Assembly: GCF_037042905.1 (NCBI RefSeq)
Contig: NC_087245.1
Location: forward strand, 9,612,001-9,676,000
Source of the DNA: Lytechinus pictus
Taxonomy: Eukaryota
DNA length: 64,000 nt
Direction of reading: 5' to 3'
The position numbers and the translations under genes were made by a program. The notes under the pieces are model-generated. The model had not been told where the DNA came from. It worked only from the letters and a program-made list of their open reading frames with translations, and ran no database searches. Below, piece after piece: positions 1-12,424 of this stretch. Every line of letters starts with the position of its first letter. Positions within the stretch are counted from its first letter, which is position 1.

Positions 1-101
1 AACTTTGTAATTTTTTTTCATATTTTGATGAAATTTTCAGCATTTATTTGCTTTTTTTATCTAGATATATATTTATTATCAGCCTGGAGTACCCCTTTTA
101 A
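1..101. mobile_element. Right end of a TTAA-flanked Kolobok/T2-like MITE (truncated by window edge)
   Basis: Homologous to 51780-51872 (aactttgt...ttctgatgaaatttccagcattt...cctttaa). Confidence 0.6.
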
Positions 102-443
102 ATCAAAGTTTGATTACATTTGTACAATATTGATGGCAGATGAATTCCTAATGACTTGCAAATCAATGTTCTGCTATTACATATGATTTTAAAAAATGAA
201 TTACTTATCTCAGTTTTATTTTTCATTTTGAGAGCTGTACATGATTTTTTTTCAAATTTCCATTGTTGGACAAGATGAAACAGCAACAAATAAGTGGGAT
301 TATAATAAAGCTGGTGTCATTTTCTTCCCAGTTATTTTGTCCTAATTCACACTTCATTTATGTTCCGAAATTTATAACATACTCAAATAATTCCAGTTTC
401 TACAATAAAGAGGAATGTCTTTGAAACCTTTCTGTCTTTGCAG

Positions 444-591
444 CTACGTGATCGCTTGAAGAGAGCTGGCAAGGGTCATTTGTTGGAGTTTGTGACCCTA
501 CCTGGAACAGGTCATTTTTTGGAGGTCCCTTATCAACCTATCAACCTGGTTTCAAGTCTCTATGACCCAACTGTACTCCAAACTCCTAAAT
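444..591 (+). CDS. Acyl-CoA thioesterase / BAAT-family gene, penultimate coding exon (gene begins upstream of window)
   Basis: tttgcag acceptor; LRDRLKRAGKGHLLEFVTLPGTGHFLEVPYQP matches the BAAT/ACOT C-terminal PGAGHxxEPPY catalytic-His region; gtaagt donor at 592, phase 1. Confidence 0.85.
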
Positions 592-1052
592 GTAAGTATA
601 TGATTTCTTTCATTTTTCTGTGGCATGGACCTGGCCACTGAGGATTGTGTATTGTCACTGGGGTTGCTGTGACAATACTCAACACCCCCAGTAACAATAG
701 AATAATCCTCCATGGACAGAGCCCTGCTCTGTTGGTGAGATTTGTTTGCTCGAAGGAAAGGAGGCAAATAAAATGTAATGAGAAAAATCTTTAAATCCCT
801 CTGATGTTAACACAAATTCAAGTTTTATTTTTTCATTAGTTCTCAAGACAAATAGCAATAAATAGCATTTGTGTGAAATCGGAAATGTTTGCTGCGTGGG
901 CAATGTCATAGGCTTCATTGATTTGTTCAATACTGGCACATCCTCTTGCATTGGAAATGACATCAAATTTTCCTTATTTTTTTTCTTATCATATTTTATG
1001 CATAGTTGCTAGCATTCAGTGTTAAAAGCTACTGCAAAAGAATATCGTTTAA

Positions 1053-1384
1053 CCCTAAAAGGACTGGGGGGGGGGGGCCCGATTACAATAAATCCGCCGC
1101 ACGGAATTTTTCAACCGTGCCGCTCGCTTACTTTTTACTTTCAAATCTCGCACAACTTTTGAGACAGAATTTGCAATGCCCGGTTACGGGGTTACGAAAT
1201 TCTGCAACATTATGTAATTGCATGTCAGACTCAAAACTGCTCAAAAACGTTAATTTATGTACAAATCCAATGCAAATTGTGTATTTAGCCAAAATTCAAA
1301 AACGTATCATTATTTCTACTTCTACTGATTAAACTTAAACCCCCCGGCTGTTAGATTGGTCCAAATAACCCGGCTCTTTTAGGG
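1053..1384. mobile_element. piggyBac-like MITE in the ACOT intron
   Basis: TTAA|CCCTAAAAG ... CTTTTAGGG|TTAA. Confidence 0.8.
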
Positions 1385-2911
1385 TTAAAATGTACCGCAC
1401 ATATGCCTTGTTGTTTCTTCAGGGGGGTATAGCATAAAGTCGAGCTGTGACTTTGGACGACTAGTTATAAATATCTTGACGCAGATAAATCATGAGCCAG
1501 TTACTAGACGAGTTGCTGTTTGACCAACCAACTGTTCAATCTGAATTTAATAAAGAAATCAAACATAAACGTACCAATACCCAATGAATGTAAACATCAC
1601 CGATGTCAGTATTACATGAAACAAATTTCTTGCAAGATGTAATTAAATGTATAAATCCTTATCTTTGATCTGTTTTTTAAGCTCATTTTAATTATCAAGG
1701 AATCTGCATAAATTTTCTGAACTGTTCATAAAAACAGCAATCAACAAAACAAATTATTGTAGGGCTCTAATTCTCCCACACACAATCAATGTCACTATTT
1801 ACATCTAACTAATTACATGTATATAGAGAAAGATAGCATGAAGTTTTCAACAATTATTGTTTAGCCTATCAATAAAAAATCATAGATCTACATCAGCTTT
1901 ATCTTTCATTTAGTGTACCAAACACTCCCTTCAGCACTTTCAGTGTAAATATAGTAATTAAAACACCTTTGCATTAAACACAGAACTAATTCTTAACCTA
2001 AATTTCTCATTTCTATTTGTTTACTTTGTATTTACGCCTCAAATTTGACCTGACATATGCCTGACTAGTTTGGGTTTCTATGACCCTTTCTCCAATAATA
2101 TCAAACCCGTCCATAAAGTACTCAAACCCAAAACTATGTGTAATTCCTTAAATTCCTCATCATTCTTTCAATATGATAACACAACATGTATCCCTAATAT
2201 TGACTTTCTTTTCACAGAATCCCACTGACCCTTCAAACTTTGAAAAATCACATCAATTCACACATCCGCACAGCTATCGAAGTTTTACATTTCATTACGT
2301 TACACTGCGTAAGCCCGAAAAGCAAAGCAAAATCTGCGCTGAGAGGAATCCAATCTATAAAATCGTACATGCACTTGCTAAGCTATTTGGTTCATATTAT
2401 TCTTTGAACATTAAATAATATATGACATAAAGCATAAATACTCACGACATTGGCTTTTCAAAAAATCTAACAAAACATCTCAATGACACAGCTATAAATC
2501 TACCGATTCACAACATATTTGTTTCCCTACGAAGTCGCCCTCTGTTGGCCAACTTGTTGCAAGGCAAATCCGATACTTTGCTTATGACGTCACCTAAACT
2601 TTCCTAACGGGGAGGGGGGTTATTTCTTTTCTAGGTATTTTATTTTTCCATTTGACCCTTACTCTCTTTCCTCAACTTTATCATTGGAAAGGTACAAGTT
2701 TTTATTTTAAGCCACTTTAATCCAATTTAATTGGGTAAGAGGAAATATATAATATTGAATGTTATTTTACTAAAAAATTTCATGAACTAATGCCCTGTCA
2801 TTAATTAGGACTTTGTAGAAGGTCACCCACTCTTGCCTTTGAAAAAAGAACAGCTTTTATGTTTAATGAGATATTGATTTCTTTCCTTTGTCTAACCTTA
2901 AATTTTCACAG

Positions 2912-3051
2912 TACACTTTACGTTTTACGGTGGCACTGACACTAAGCAGGGAGTCAAGGATCAAGTCTATGCCTGGGGGAAAATTGTGAATTTCTTCCGG
3001 AAACATCTTGATGTCAAAGAAATGTATCGCAGTGATTGGATCTCATCCTGA
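2912..3051 (+). CDS. Acyl-CoA thioesterase / BAAT-family gene, last coding exon
   Basis: ttttcacag acceptor; phase-1 join gives LHFTFYGGTDTKQGVKDQVYAWGKIVNFFRKHLDVKEMYRSDWISS*, matching the ACOT C-terminal GG...Q..AW..I..FF.KHL pattern. Confidence 0.85.
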
Positions 3052-3332
3052 ACTATCTTTTCATTCCACTAGTGAGGCGGGAAATAGATAAACTGATCTT
3101 TGGAGTGATAACTGTCACTTGGATTAAATGCCAAGCAGTGCCTATTCCATGTTTATACACTGTACATGTATCTGTGTGTGGTAATATCATATTGGAGGAT
3201 TTTATTAGTACTGTGCATGTTGAAACAAGAATGTACTTAAAAAAAGACATGATACCAATTTATATATATATATATATAATGTGATGACAAGTTTACTTGT
3301 ACCAAACGCTCTTGAGGTGTGAGTATGAAACA

Positions 3333-3574
3333 TATTGTGATGAGGCCAACTCAAAAGATGACGCAGGACACCATTTTAGCTTTAGCTTTCGTCTTTAATA
3401 AGACTTCGTCAAAAGCGTCTGTAATTACAGACTATTTTGGTCAGGATGCCTACCGTATTATCCTGACCATAATAGTCTGTAATTACAGACGCTTCTGACG
3501 AAGTCTTACAAAAGACGAAAGCTAAAGCTAAAATGGTGTCCTGCATCATCTTTTGAGTTGGCCTCATCACAATA
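3333..3574. mobile_element. Foldback MITE (near-perfect palindrome) downstream of the ACOT stop
   Basis: Arms of ~115 bp, tattgtgatgaggccaactcaaaagatg / catcttttgagttggcctcatcacaata; short loop near 3450; abuts a (TA)n tract. Confidence 0.8.
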
Positions 3575-4188
3575 TATATATATATATATATATGCATAAA
3601 AACTACCTAAAGGAGACAAGGAAAATTATTGTTATATGGGTAAGTAGATGCTCTAAAATGATATTAAGCTATTTCTGACAGGTGAATTGTAGATATTGTC
3701 ACTTTATTCGGTGATTTGAAAAGTCAATCATTATTTGGGTGATGTAGGATATATTTTATTATCATCTATATACAGTGTTTTAGGGATACATTAAAAATGT
3801 GTATTTTGGTCTGCATCAATTGCCTGTGCACTTTCAGAGCGTATTCTTAAAAAGGACCGAAATCCGACAAATATCCTGTACAAAATTTGACTTTGAATAT
3901 GAGACTTTATTCAACAGTCTAATGCGCACGTGTGAGTGCGTGAAATATACAATACGTAGAACAATGAAAGCAATGTGATGCGCAGCATAGAGCACAATTA
4001 CGCTCGAAGACGTCATAATGAACTACATGCAAGTCGCATGTCAACCACCAAATTTGATCCTATGAAGTGATGATGCCATAATGTGATAAGTGATATGACT
4101 TGTTCAATCAAATTTCTCCCTCTTTTTTTTTTAGGGGGGGGGATGGAGTGGGATAGATGATAATAATTATATTGGATGGCTTTATTTC

Positions 4189-4265
4189 ATGGAATACCAG
4201 AAATATTCCACTCTTAAACTCTTGGAATATTCCAAGAGTTGAGTGGAATATTTCTGGTATTCCAT
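4189..4265. repeat. 77-bp palindrome
   Basis: 25-bp perfect outer stem, 3-nt bulge, 12-bp inner stem centred on ggaatattcc. Confidence 0.85.
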
Positions 4266-4620
4266 TCTGAGCCACCCAATATGCTATAAGTATCAAAGTC
4301 ACATCCTTCAATCTTCATTAGTTTTGCCACATTCTGAATTTTCTCACTGGCTTCTCTGATCCTCCATTGGATAGGAAAATAAAGGACAAGATGCTGGGCT
4401 CTAGTAAAGTTGTGATAATAGTGTGGTGTGATTAATCTTAAGATGATCATCATCTTCAGCATATAGTTTCAAGTTACTGAATTCATGTTAATGTTAATTT
4501 GATAAGAGGTATGGATTTATATTGGTCTGTAAATATGATATGAAATCATGAATTATTTCTGTGACAGGAAGTATCTACTAAATATCAATGTCAATGTACA
4601 AAATTGTATGCAGCTTATAA

Positions 4621-5300
4621 TTATACCCCCGCCAAACGAAGTTTGAAGGGGTACATGTATATAGGAATCAGCATATAGTCGGTCCGTTGCAAATCTTGCG
4701 CATCGAACTACTTCGATTCTCATGAAACTTGGAACACATATTGGTGTTGGGGTGAAGATGTGCAAGATGCACTTTTCGCATGTGTCAGCAATTGTGTGGC
4801 CATGTTAACGGTATATTTTGGAAAAAGTAAGGTACAAGTCTTGCAGTTCAAATGACTTCCTAAATTTTTAACCAATTCTCATGAAATTTGTTATACATAT
4901 TGATATTGATGTAAAGATGTACAACATACTAGTAGTACATGTATAGGCCCTAAATTAGGTAAGAATCTATCGGTTTGAACTACTTGATTAGTTTTCAACC
5001 AATTCTCATGAAAATTGGCTCACACATTGGTCTTGAGGTTAAGATGCACAGGACATATTTTTGCATGTGTCGGAAATCGTGTTGCCATGGTAACAATACA
5101 TATGTAAAAAAAAAATAGGCAAAAATCTTGCAGTTCGAACTACATCATCAGTATTGAATCAATTCTCATGATATTTTGCTCACACATAGGGCTTGGGATA
5201 AAGATGGGCAAGACGTATTTTTTTTCCATGTGTTGGAAACTGTTGCCATGGTAATGGCGTAGGTTGGGGGTATTAATCACCTTCAGTGATAGTTCTAGTT
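4621..5300 (+). mobile_element. Helentron-associated (HINE/DINE-1-like) element with internal ~160-bp tandem repeats
   Basis: 5' ttatacccccg...gggg(tacatg)tata short inverted repeat; ttctcatga repeat units at 4717, 4876, 5003, 5163; 3' gggggtat plus atcac-cttca-gtgat hairpin and ctagtt end. Confidence 0.7.
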
Positions 5301-8300
5301 TAAGCAGCTCCATTTTGCAATAAAATAATATTGAAATTGTTTTGCTTTACTACAATAATTCACTTTCCTTGCTGTTGTAATTCTAGCAGCTATTTGTCTA
5401 GAAAGACAAAGACTTGAAGCAGCTGTTGATGTGTTATTGTTTAAATGTGAAGTATTTATGCAGACATATTTGAAGATCTATCCAAATGAAGTAATATTTG
5501 CTGGGGTTTCTTATCAATTGTTTGGAATGATTGGAGTTTAGTGCTGTCTGTTTAATAGCTTGCTTCTCAGTTCTGTTTCACTTGCAGGCCTGTATAATTA
5601 TCAATAATGGAATTATAAAAGCTATTACATGATTCACGGTGAAGAGCATTACTGAAAGTGTCCAAATTCATCAAATTTGATTGCCCTGACTGTGTACTAA
5701 GGATGTTCATCAGTTATGTTTATGTGCATGTGCCCTGTGGTAGGATATTGGGTTTACATTTGGAATTTTCCTACCTCTTCTGAATACTAATATATTGGAT
5801 GAAAATGACATGGATTGAGAATATATGGGAGCGTGAAAGTGCATTCCTTTCTCACTAAGAATGCATTCCCAGCCTTTTGGGGTGCTTTTTTGTGTGTGGA
5901 TTACAAGCCAATTTACAAATATGAGGGTGCTGATAATTGGAAAACAAGTTAATATTTATCTACCTCTGTACATGTAGTACAGTTCCTACCTTCAACCATG
6001 CCAGTGTTATGAATGTGACATGGAATTTGAAAGTATAAGTAATTTTTTAAAATGTAAATTGCAAGTTCTTAGAGTAAAATTGTTTACACTCCTTTTCTCA
6101 TATCAGACAGCTATTGCAAGCTCTAAAACGAACTAGATCAGGAACTTTCTACAGCTTTCAGTATCCATTAATGTACTTACCTGAAAAGATTATGAGTCTT
6201 GACACTTTTATTTGGATTTGTGGGACTCAATGTGGGATGAGGCCTAATTGAGGGTTACTATCTTTTGATTTTATCAGTCTTTTTGATATCCAATCATGGT
6301 CCCATTGAACAAATGAACAGACACTGGTGGTTTTTTTTCTTCATATTTCACCTTCAGCTGGTCTTAGCTTTAATATCCTTTGCAAAGATACTTGGAAATG
6401 AAGAACTGAGGGATTCCACTTATTACTCTACTTCTCAATTGCCTCTTGAATTTGTATATGAGTATGTCATTTCAATAAATGGATATTTGATACTTAGCTT
6501 TAATTTGGTCACCAAATTAAGTTTTGGTAAGAAGTAATATTTGTTGAAATATTTCATTGAATTGTTCTCTCCCCTTAGGTCATTGTTGATAGATACTGGT
6601 ATTATTCTACAGCTCACCCAAGCACACTGGGTTTGGTTTATCTGGTATCCCTACCATGCCATGGGTGACCAATCCTGCCCTCATGATTTATTTTGAATAA
6701 TTTTATCTTTTGTATGGGAAAGAATATTTGTTTAGGATTATTTAGATGGGAAAATATACTGAAGCTTTCCTGCATACTTATTTTTATATAATTTATAGCA
6801 TTTTTTGAAAATTGATTTGCATTGTATTTTTAATTTGAGCAAAAAAGTCAGTCAAGAATTTTTCAGGATAGTGGAAAATCATAAATCAATTTTATAATTA
6901 AAACTGTTACATTTTGGCTGACTGGAAACGACCTATGGCCCTAAAATTAACTTCAAAGGCCTCATTTTGAATGAGTATGCCATCATACTTTCATGCTTGG
7001 TAGTTACACTAGGTGACTTAGGATTTATGAAAGTATATGCTTGGGGTTATTTTTTTTTCTTCTTCTTCTTCTTCTTTTTCCTTTATCTTTCACACGTCAT
7101 TAGATTTCCACTTTGCAAAGTAGGACAAGTGGAATGTCTTTTAAAAATAAAGTCATTTAAAGTCAGTGAATTTTGACAAGCTTTCATCGATTTAACCCTG
7201 TAGTAAATGTAACATATATTGAAGCTCTATCCGGAATTGGTAAGGTTACATCTCTGAAAAATAATATTTGTTTTATTTGTAATTTACATGTTTATTTTTG
7301 TGAAAAAAATTATTGGAATATTATGTAATAAATATATTTGATATTTAAAATTGATTAGCAATAGTCATTTATTTTACGAATCCGAATAAATGCTGTGTAT
7401 TTGCAAGTTGTGTTTGCAATCATTATTTTAATTGGTTTGAAAAGCTTGGACAATTTACAAACTTTATAACTAAAGGAACATCAATACCCTCAAAATTCAT
7501 TGTTGTCACATAAGTTAAAGAAAAAGGGTGATATTATAACCTTGGTTATCCTTCAATTGCAATTGTTGATGTCATGTTAAGAGTGTATTTAATGCACAGG
7601 CAGTATAATTCACCATGTTAATTCCTTTGTTAATCATTAAAAATATATTATTTTATCCTCAATCATGTGATCATATCTGTATAAAGAGGCAACCATAAGT
7701 CCAAGTAGAATTGAGAGGAGAAAACGAGAAAGAAGATAAAGAGAAGGACATGAGACGGAGAGTGATAGACAAATGTTGAGAGAAAGACGGTTTGGTTTAA
7801 AGAGAATAGAATGAAAGAACGGGTTAAGCTAATAATGAAAACATTGAAGGAAGTTAAAAAGTGTTTAGACAGGCCTATACGTATTTAAAAACTCATTGTA
7901 CAGGACTTGGATGTTCTCAAAGAGCGTCGATGTTTTCTAAAATAGCGCCCCCAACGTATCTATCTTTTTTTTCTTTCCATTTTTTTTTGGGGGGGGGGGT
8001 AAATTTCGATATCACTTTCGATAATAGGCCTTGTAATTCATGCTGAATATTTTCTACCAAAGATACTATAAGGATGTCTTTGTCTTTGGTAATGATATTT
8101 GTTATAAATTACAATGAATTCATATCATATGCATTTTTAGCAACATGCCAACATTCATCGATGCCTTGGCCAAAAATTTAACCTGCATGCATGTCATGAT
8201 TACGAGTTCCATCTAAGAAGAGGGATGCGATTGGGTTTTTTTTTTCTTTCTTTTTTTTTCTTTAGTATTCTCTAAAACGGTCCCAACACCTGTCAAAATG

Positions 8301-8434
8301 TATTATGGTTATAAAATGTATATAATTTTGAGGGGTTCAAATAATATTCAATAACTTCGATAAAAAATACATGCTAGAATAATGAAGTTATTTTCTCCTT
8401 TATTTTAAAAGTGGCTTGAACAGAGTGGTCTAGT

Positions 8435-9395
8435 GGAGGTGCCGTCACCGAGTGATATACAGTGCGTCCCACAAAAAACGAAACCGAGATTTAGCGATGA
8501 TTTATCATAACTTAATCACAAATAAAATAGACAAATTACGTACCTACCAATGTAAAGCTTAGAATCTCCTCTTTCATCTGATATTAATTAGATTATTTCT
8601 CCTTTACGCATGAGTGAGCAAAAACAATTTGAAGAGGGGATACCAAAAAGTCATTTGGCGGGTTGTATCTAGCTTATTTCAAAAGGAAAACCACATTTTT
8701 AAAAAGTTCAATATATCTGCTTTTTGATTTGATACGTCAATTACAGAAAATGGTCAAGAAATAACAAAGTTCTGGTTATTTGAAATAATTAAGGCTTGAA
8801 TTTAATAATTTCATAACTAAATGAAGAGGTTTTACAGGCTAGCGTTCAAACTCACTCGACACTCCGTTTTGTTTACGATCAGCCATGTATTAAGTCTTTT
8901 GTTAACCATGCGATAGCTTCTGTGAAAAACCGGTGAAAACAGTTTATCTAATGAAATTATGGAAATTCAAGCCTTATTTCAAATAACCAGAACTTTGTTA
9001 TTTCTTGATCATTTTCTGTAATTGAGGTATCAAATTAAAGAGCAGATATTGAACTTTTAAGACATGTGATTTTCTTTTTGAAATTCATATATCCCCCGCC
9101 AAATTAGTTTTTGGTATCCTTCCTTCCAATTGTTTTTGCTCACTCATGCGTGAATGGTGAATAATCTAAGTAATATCAGATGAAAGAGGAGATTCTAAGC
9201 TTTACATTGGTAGGTCATTTGTCTATTTTATTTTTGATTAAGTTATGATAAATCATCGCTAAATCTCGGTTTCGTTTTTTCTGGGACGCATTGTATAGGG
9301 CGTTTGATTAGACATTATTTTGAAAGTCCGAGCTAGGTGGCCCCGCGGCCACGGCACCAGTATGCCCGTGAGCCAAGGCATAATGCTCACATTGC
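8435..9395 (+). mobile_element. Degenerate tRNA-derived SINE interrupted by a Tc1-like MITE
   Basis: ggaggtgccgtcaccgagtgata|MITE|tagggcg...aaagtccg...gccacggcaccagtatgcccgtgagc aligns with the SINE at 58421-58627. Confidence 0.6.
8460..9293. mobile_element. Tc1/mariner-like MITE with long TIRs
   Basis: TA|CAGTGCGTCCCACAAAAAACGAAACCGAG ... CTCGGTTTCGTTTTTTCTGGGACGCATTG|TA; arms pair over ~350 bp. Confidence 0.9.
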
Positions 9396-11199
9396 ATAAA
9401 ATAAATGGAAATGCTATATGCATTCTTAGTAACTAGGTGTGCACGTACTTTCTGTTTATTCTGATTGGCTAAAAATCACAGTAACGCTAGGTTTGATTTT
9501 TAGAGTTGCGTTTTAATGCTATATATTCCCACTCCCCTTGTTTGTTTGCATGCTTGCTTTATTTCTGTGTTCAAAATAGATTAATCAATCAATATAAATG
9601 AAAATAATCCATTATACAAAATATAATCATAATTCATTAAATGAATGTGAAATATCGATGTGAGCATATCACTTTTATATGATTATATAACAAAACAAAA
9701 ACATGTATTATTAATGAACGCATTCAGGAGACCGTGAGCGGTACGGCTTTCAGCTTGATATTTTTTTTTTTAAAGAAACCCCCTTTTTTTGGGGGGGGGG
9801 ACTTTTCAAATTTATTACTAAGGCGCCAGCACCCGCAGTAAAAAAAACCTTCCATCTTAACATAAGTAATTTTTTAAGCCACACTATACAGCCATAACAA
9901 TAATATTAATTACAAAACGATCAAATGAGCTTTCACAGAGTCAGTATATAGAGCTATACCAATTTCCTCGGCAAACACACATTGATGTGATTTTGATGTC
10001 AATTTTGCCAGCGATCAAAGCAAAACCTTTGCAATAGATGGCAGAGGTAATGATAACGTATAAAGAAAATGGCAAAGGAAACTACATACAGACCTGCCAA
10101 TTTGTGCCTCTATACCATTTTTACATTAGCCACATAGGCCTGCTGGCATCAAGCGGAAGTGATAGCACGTACCTCCCAAAATTTCCTTGGGGGTGCTGCG
10201 TGTATTATTCTCCATAGACAGCACCCCCAGGTATTTTGGAACGTGTGAAAATTGAAAGATGTAACCAAAATAACCTTCATTTTGGGGTTAAAACCTTTTT
10301 TTTTCCTTCAAATTTTCAGGACAGCACGGGACAGCACCTAGCTCCAGTAAGAAAAAAATCGTTTCCAGGGGCCTGCTTTGTCGTTTTATCCACCTCTGCG
10401 AGTTTTTACACCATACCGGCCCCAGTCCCAGTCCAAGGATTTATTTGTCCCTCTGCATAATTATCAAATTATAAAGCGCATGAAAAAAGCGCATGAACTC
10501 GTAAATTTAGCATAGACGTCATTAAATATGATAAACACAATGCTACGTCACACGAAAATCTTCCATTGCATGCAATAAACATTTACCCGGCTTTTCACAA
10601 ACAGCTTATGAACAAAATATACAATTTAAGGTTTTGTGGTCAAAATGTCCAAGAGAAATGTATTCTTTTTATTACAATAAAATGTAGAAAATATAAAGTT
10701 CAAAAGATATCGTGTACTTAACATATCCAAATGCGATTTTATTTTAATTTCAGGAAAATTACAGAGGGAGGTTTTTAATGTTGGAATATATCCATAGTAC
10801 TTTCGGAGAAATCATAGTTCTAGGCATCTCCTCCAACATCAATTTCGTACGTGCAAATTCGTCTCAGTCACAGTATCACATGACTTGTGCCTATTGTATA
10901 AGACTCGTGAGAATCTCATGAAAGGCCTAATTTTGCGAAAAAGACCAGTGGCGACCGCACAGAAGTAACAGAACGCTAACATTAGGGCCAGTCACACCTT
11001 TCACGGGTGACCACCGCCTTGACCCCGCCTTGACGCATTGTTTTCACTAACAGAGCACTAACAGTAGGCTTACTGGTATCGATAAACCCACAGAAGCTTA
11101 GCCGAATTCCTAATAATCCATAAAAGGCTTAGTAGAATTAACTAACAGTGGCGCTAATGCGGGCGCTAATGTTAATACTAATCACTAACAGTGCCAACA

Positions 11200-11830
11200 G
11201 GACATCTACCCCCCGGACATCTACCCCCGGACATCTACCCCCCGGACATCTACCCCCCGGACAATTACCCCCCGGACATCTACCCCCTAGGACAAGTACC
11301 CCCCGGACATTTACCCCCCGGACATTTACCCCCCGGACATCTACCCCCCGGACATTTACCCCCCCCCCAGACAGGCTACCCCCGGGCATCTACTCACGGA
11401 TATTTTGGATATGGGGGGGTAAATGTCCGGGGGGTAGATGTCCGGGGGGTAGATGTCCGGGGGTAGATGTCCGGAGGGTAGATGTCCGGGGGGTACTTGT
11501 CCTAGGGGGTAGATGTCCGGAGGGTAGATGTCCGGGGGGTAGATGTCCGGGGGGTAGATGTCCGGGGGGTAATTGTCCGGGGGGTAATTGTCCGGGGGGT
11601 GGATGTCCGGGGGGTGGATGTCCAGGGGGTGGATGTCCGGGGGGTGGATGTCCGGGGGGGGGTGGATGTCCGGGTGGTGGATGTCCGGGGGGTAAATGTC
11701 CGGGGGGTAGATGTCCTAGGGGGTACTTGTCCTAGGGGGTAGATGTCCTAAGGGGGTGGATGTCCGGGGGGTGGATGTCCGGGTGGTGGATGTCCGGGGG
11801 TGGATGTCCAGGGGGTAGCTAGATGTCCGG
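11200..11830. repeat. Foldback-type element: inverted arrays of a ~15-bp repeat (GGACATCTACCCCCC)
   Basis: C-rich array 11200-11390, short spacer, then the reverse-complement G-rich array 11414-11830; resembles the modular inverted repeats of foldback (TU-like/Mutator) elements. Confidence 0.85.
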
Positions 11831-11964
11831 ATACGCACCTGGCCATGCCACGTTTCAAACATGGGGAGGGGGTTGTGGTTAGACTAGTACCCCCTCTCCT
11901 TTTTTAGCCCAAGGGTTGGGTTTAAACCACCCTCAAACACGGGTCTCCATATATAATTATACAT

Positions 11965-12123
11965 GGGGGGCGTTTCATGAAAGGACTTGTCGGACGATTT
12001 ATCCGACAAGTCCAATTTTATCCGACAGTCGCCATAGGAACAGTGCCTCTCAGCCAATCAAAATCATGGAAAGATGTCAGATCTGACAACTTGTCGGATG
12101 AAAATATTGATGAAACGTTCCCC
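11965..12123. mobile_element. Small Harbinger-like MITE
   Basis: ggggcgtttcatgaa ... ttgatgaaacgttcccc termini; internal ggacttgtcgga/tccgacaagtcc hairpin. Confidence 0.6.
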
Positions 12124-12209
12124 AAAGACACACGACAATATAAATTATGTCAAAGTTTATTTGTAGATCTATGCGAGTCTTTTGTTGGGCGAATGTCACA
12201 AGATACATA

Positions 12210-12424
12210 ATACACGTACCGGTACGCCGGTACGGTACGCGGTACGCGGACGGACGCCACAGATGAATGGGATTGAACCGGCCGCGCCGCGGGCATAGAG
12301 TAGTAGGAAGTACAACTACAAGTGTATCGACGAAATGGAGAGGGAAAGAGAATCACCATAACGTTTATTTTGTTTGGTTTTGATAGTGTGTTTAGGTAGT
12401 CGACTCATTCCTCACAAAATTAAG
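12210..12424 (+). promoter_or_regulatory. Candidate promoter and non-coding first exon, probably of MAP3K13
   Basis: Local CpG-rich patch ending in a strong donor aag|gtaaga at 12424/12425; no other + strand coding gene recognised before 35677. Confidence 0.4.

Noticed and set aside
10316..10340. REST/RE1-like site (cagcacgggacagcacc) upstream of a neuronal kinase
   Set aside because: Half-site spacing is non-canonical and gacagcac recurs nearby in what looks like a MITE remnant.
11138..11735. Gly/Pro/Cys-rich ORFs (PGGRC and PPGHL repeats)
   Set aside because: Translations of the 15-bp foldback repeat, open in several frames on both strands.
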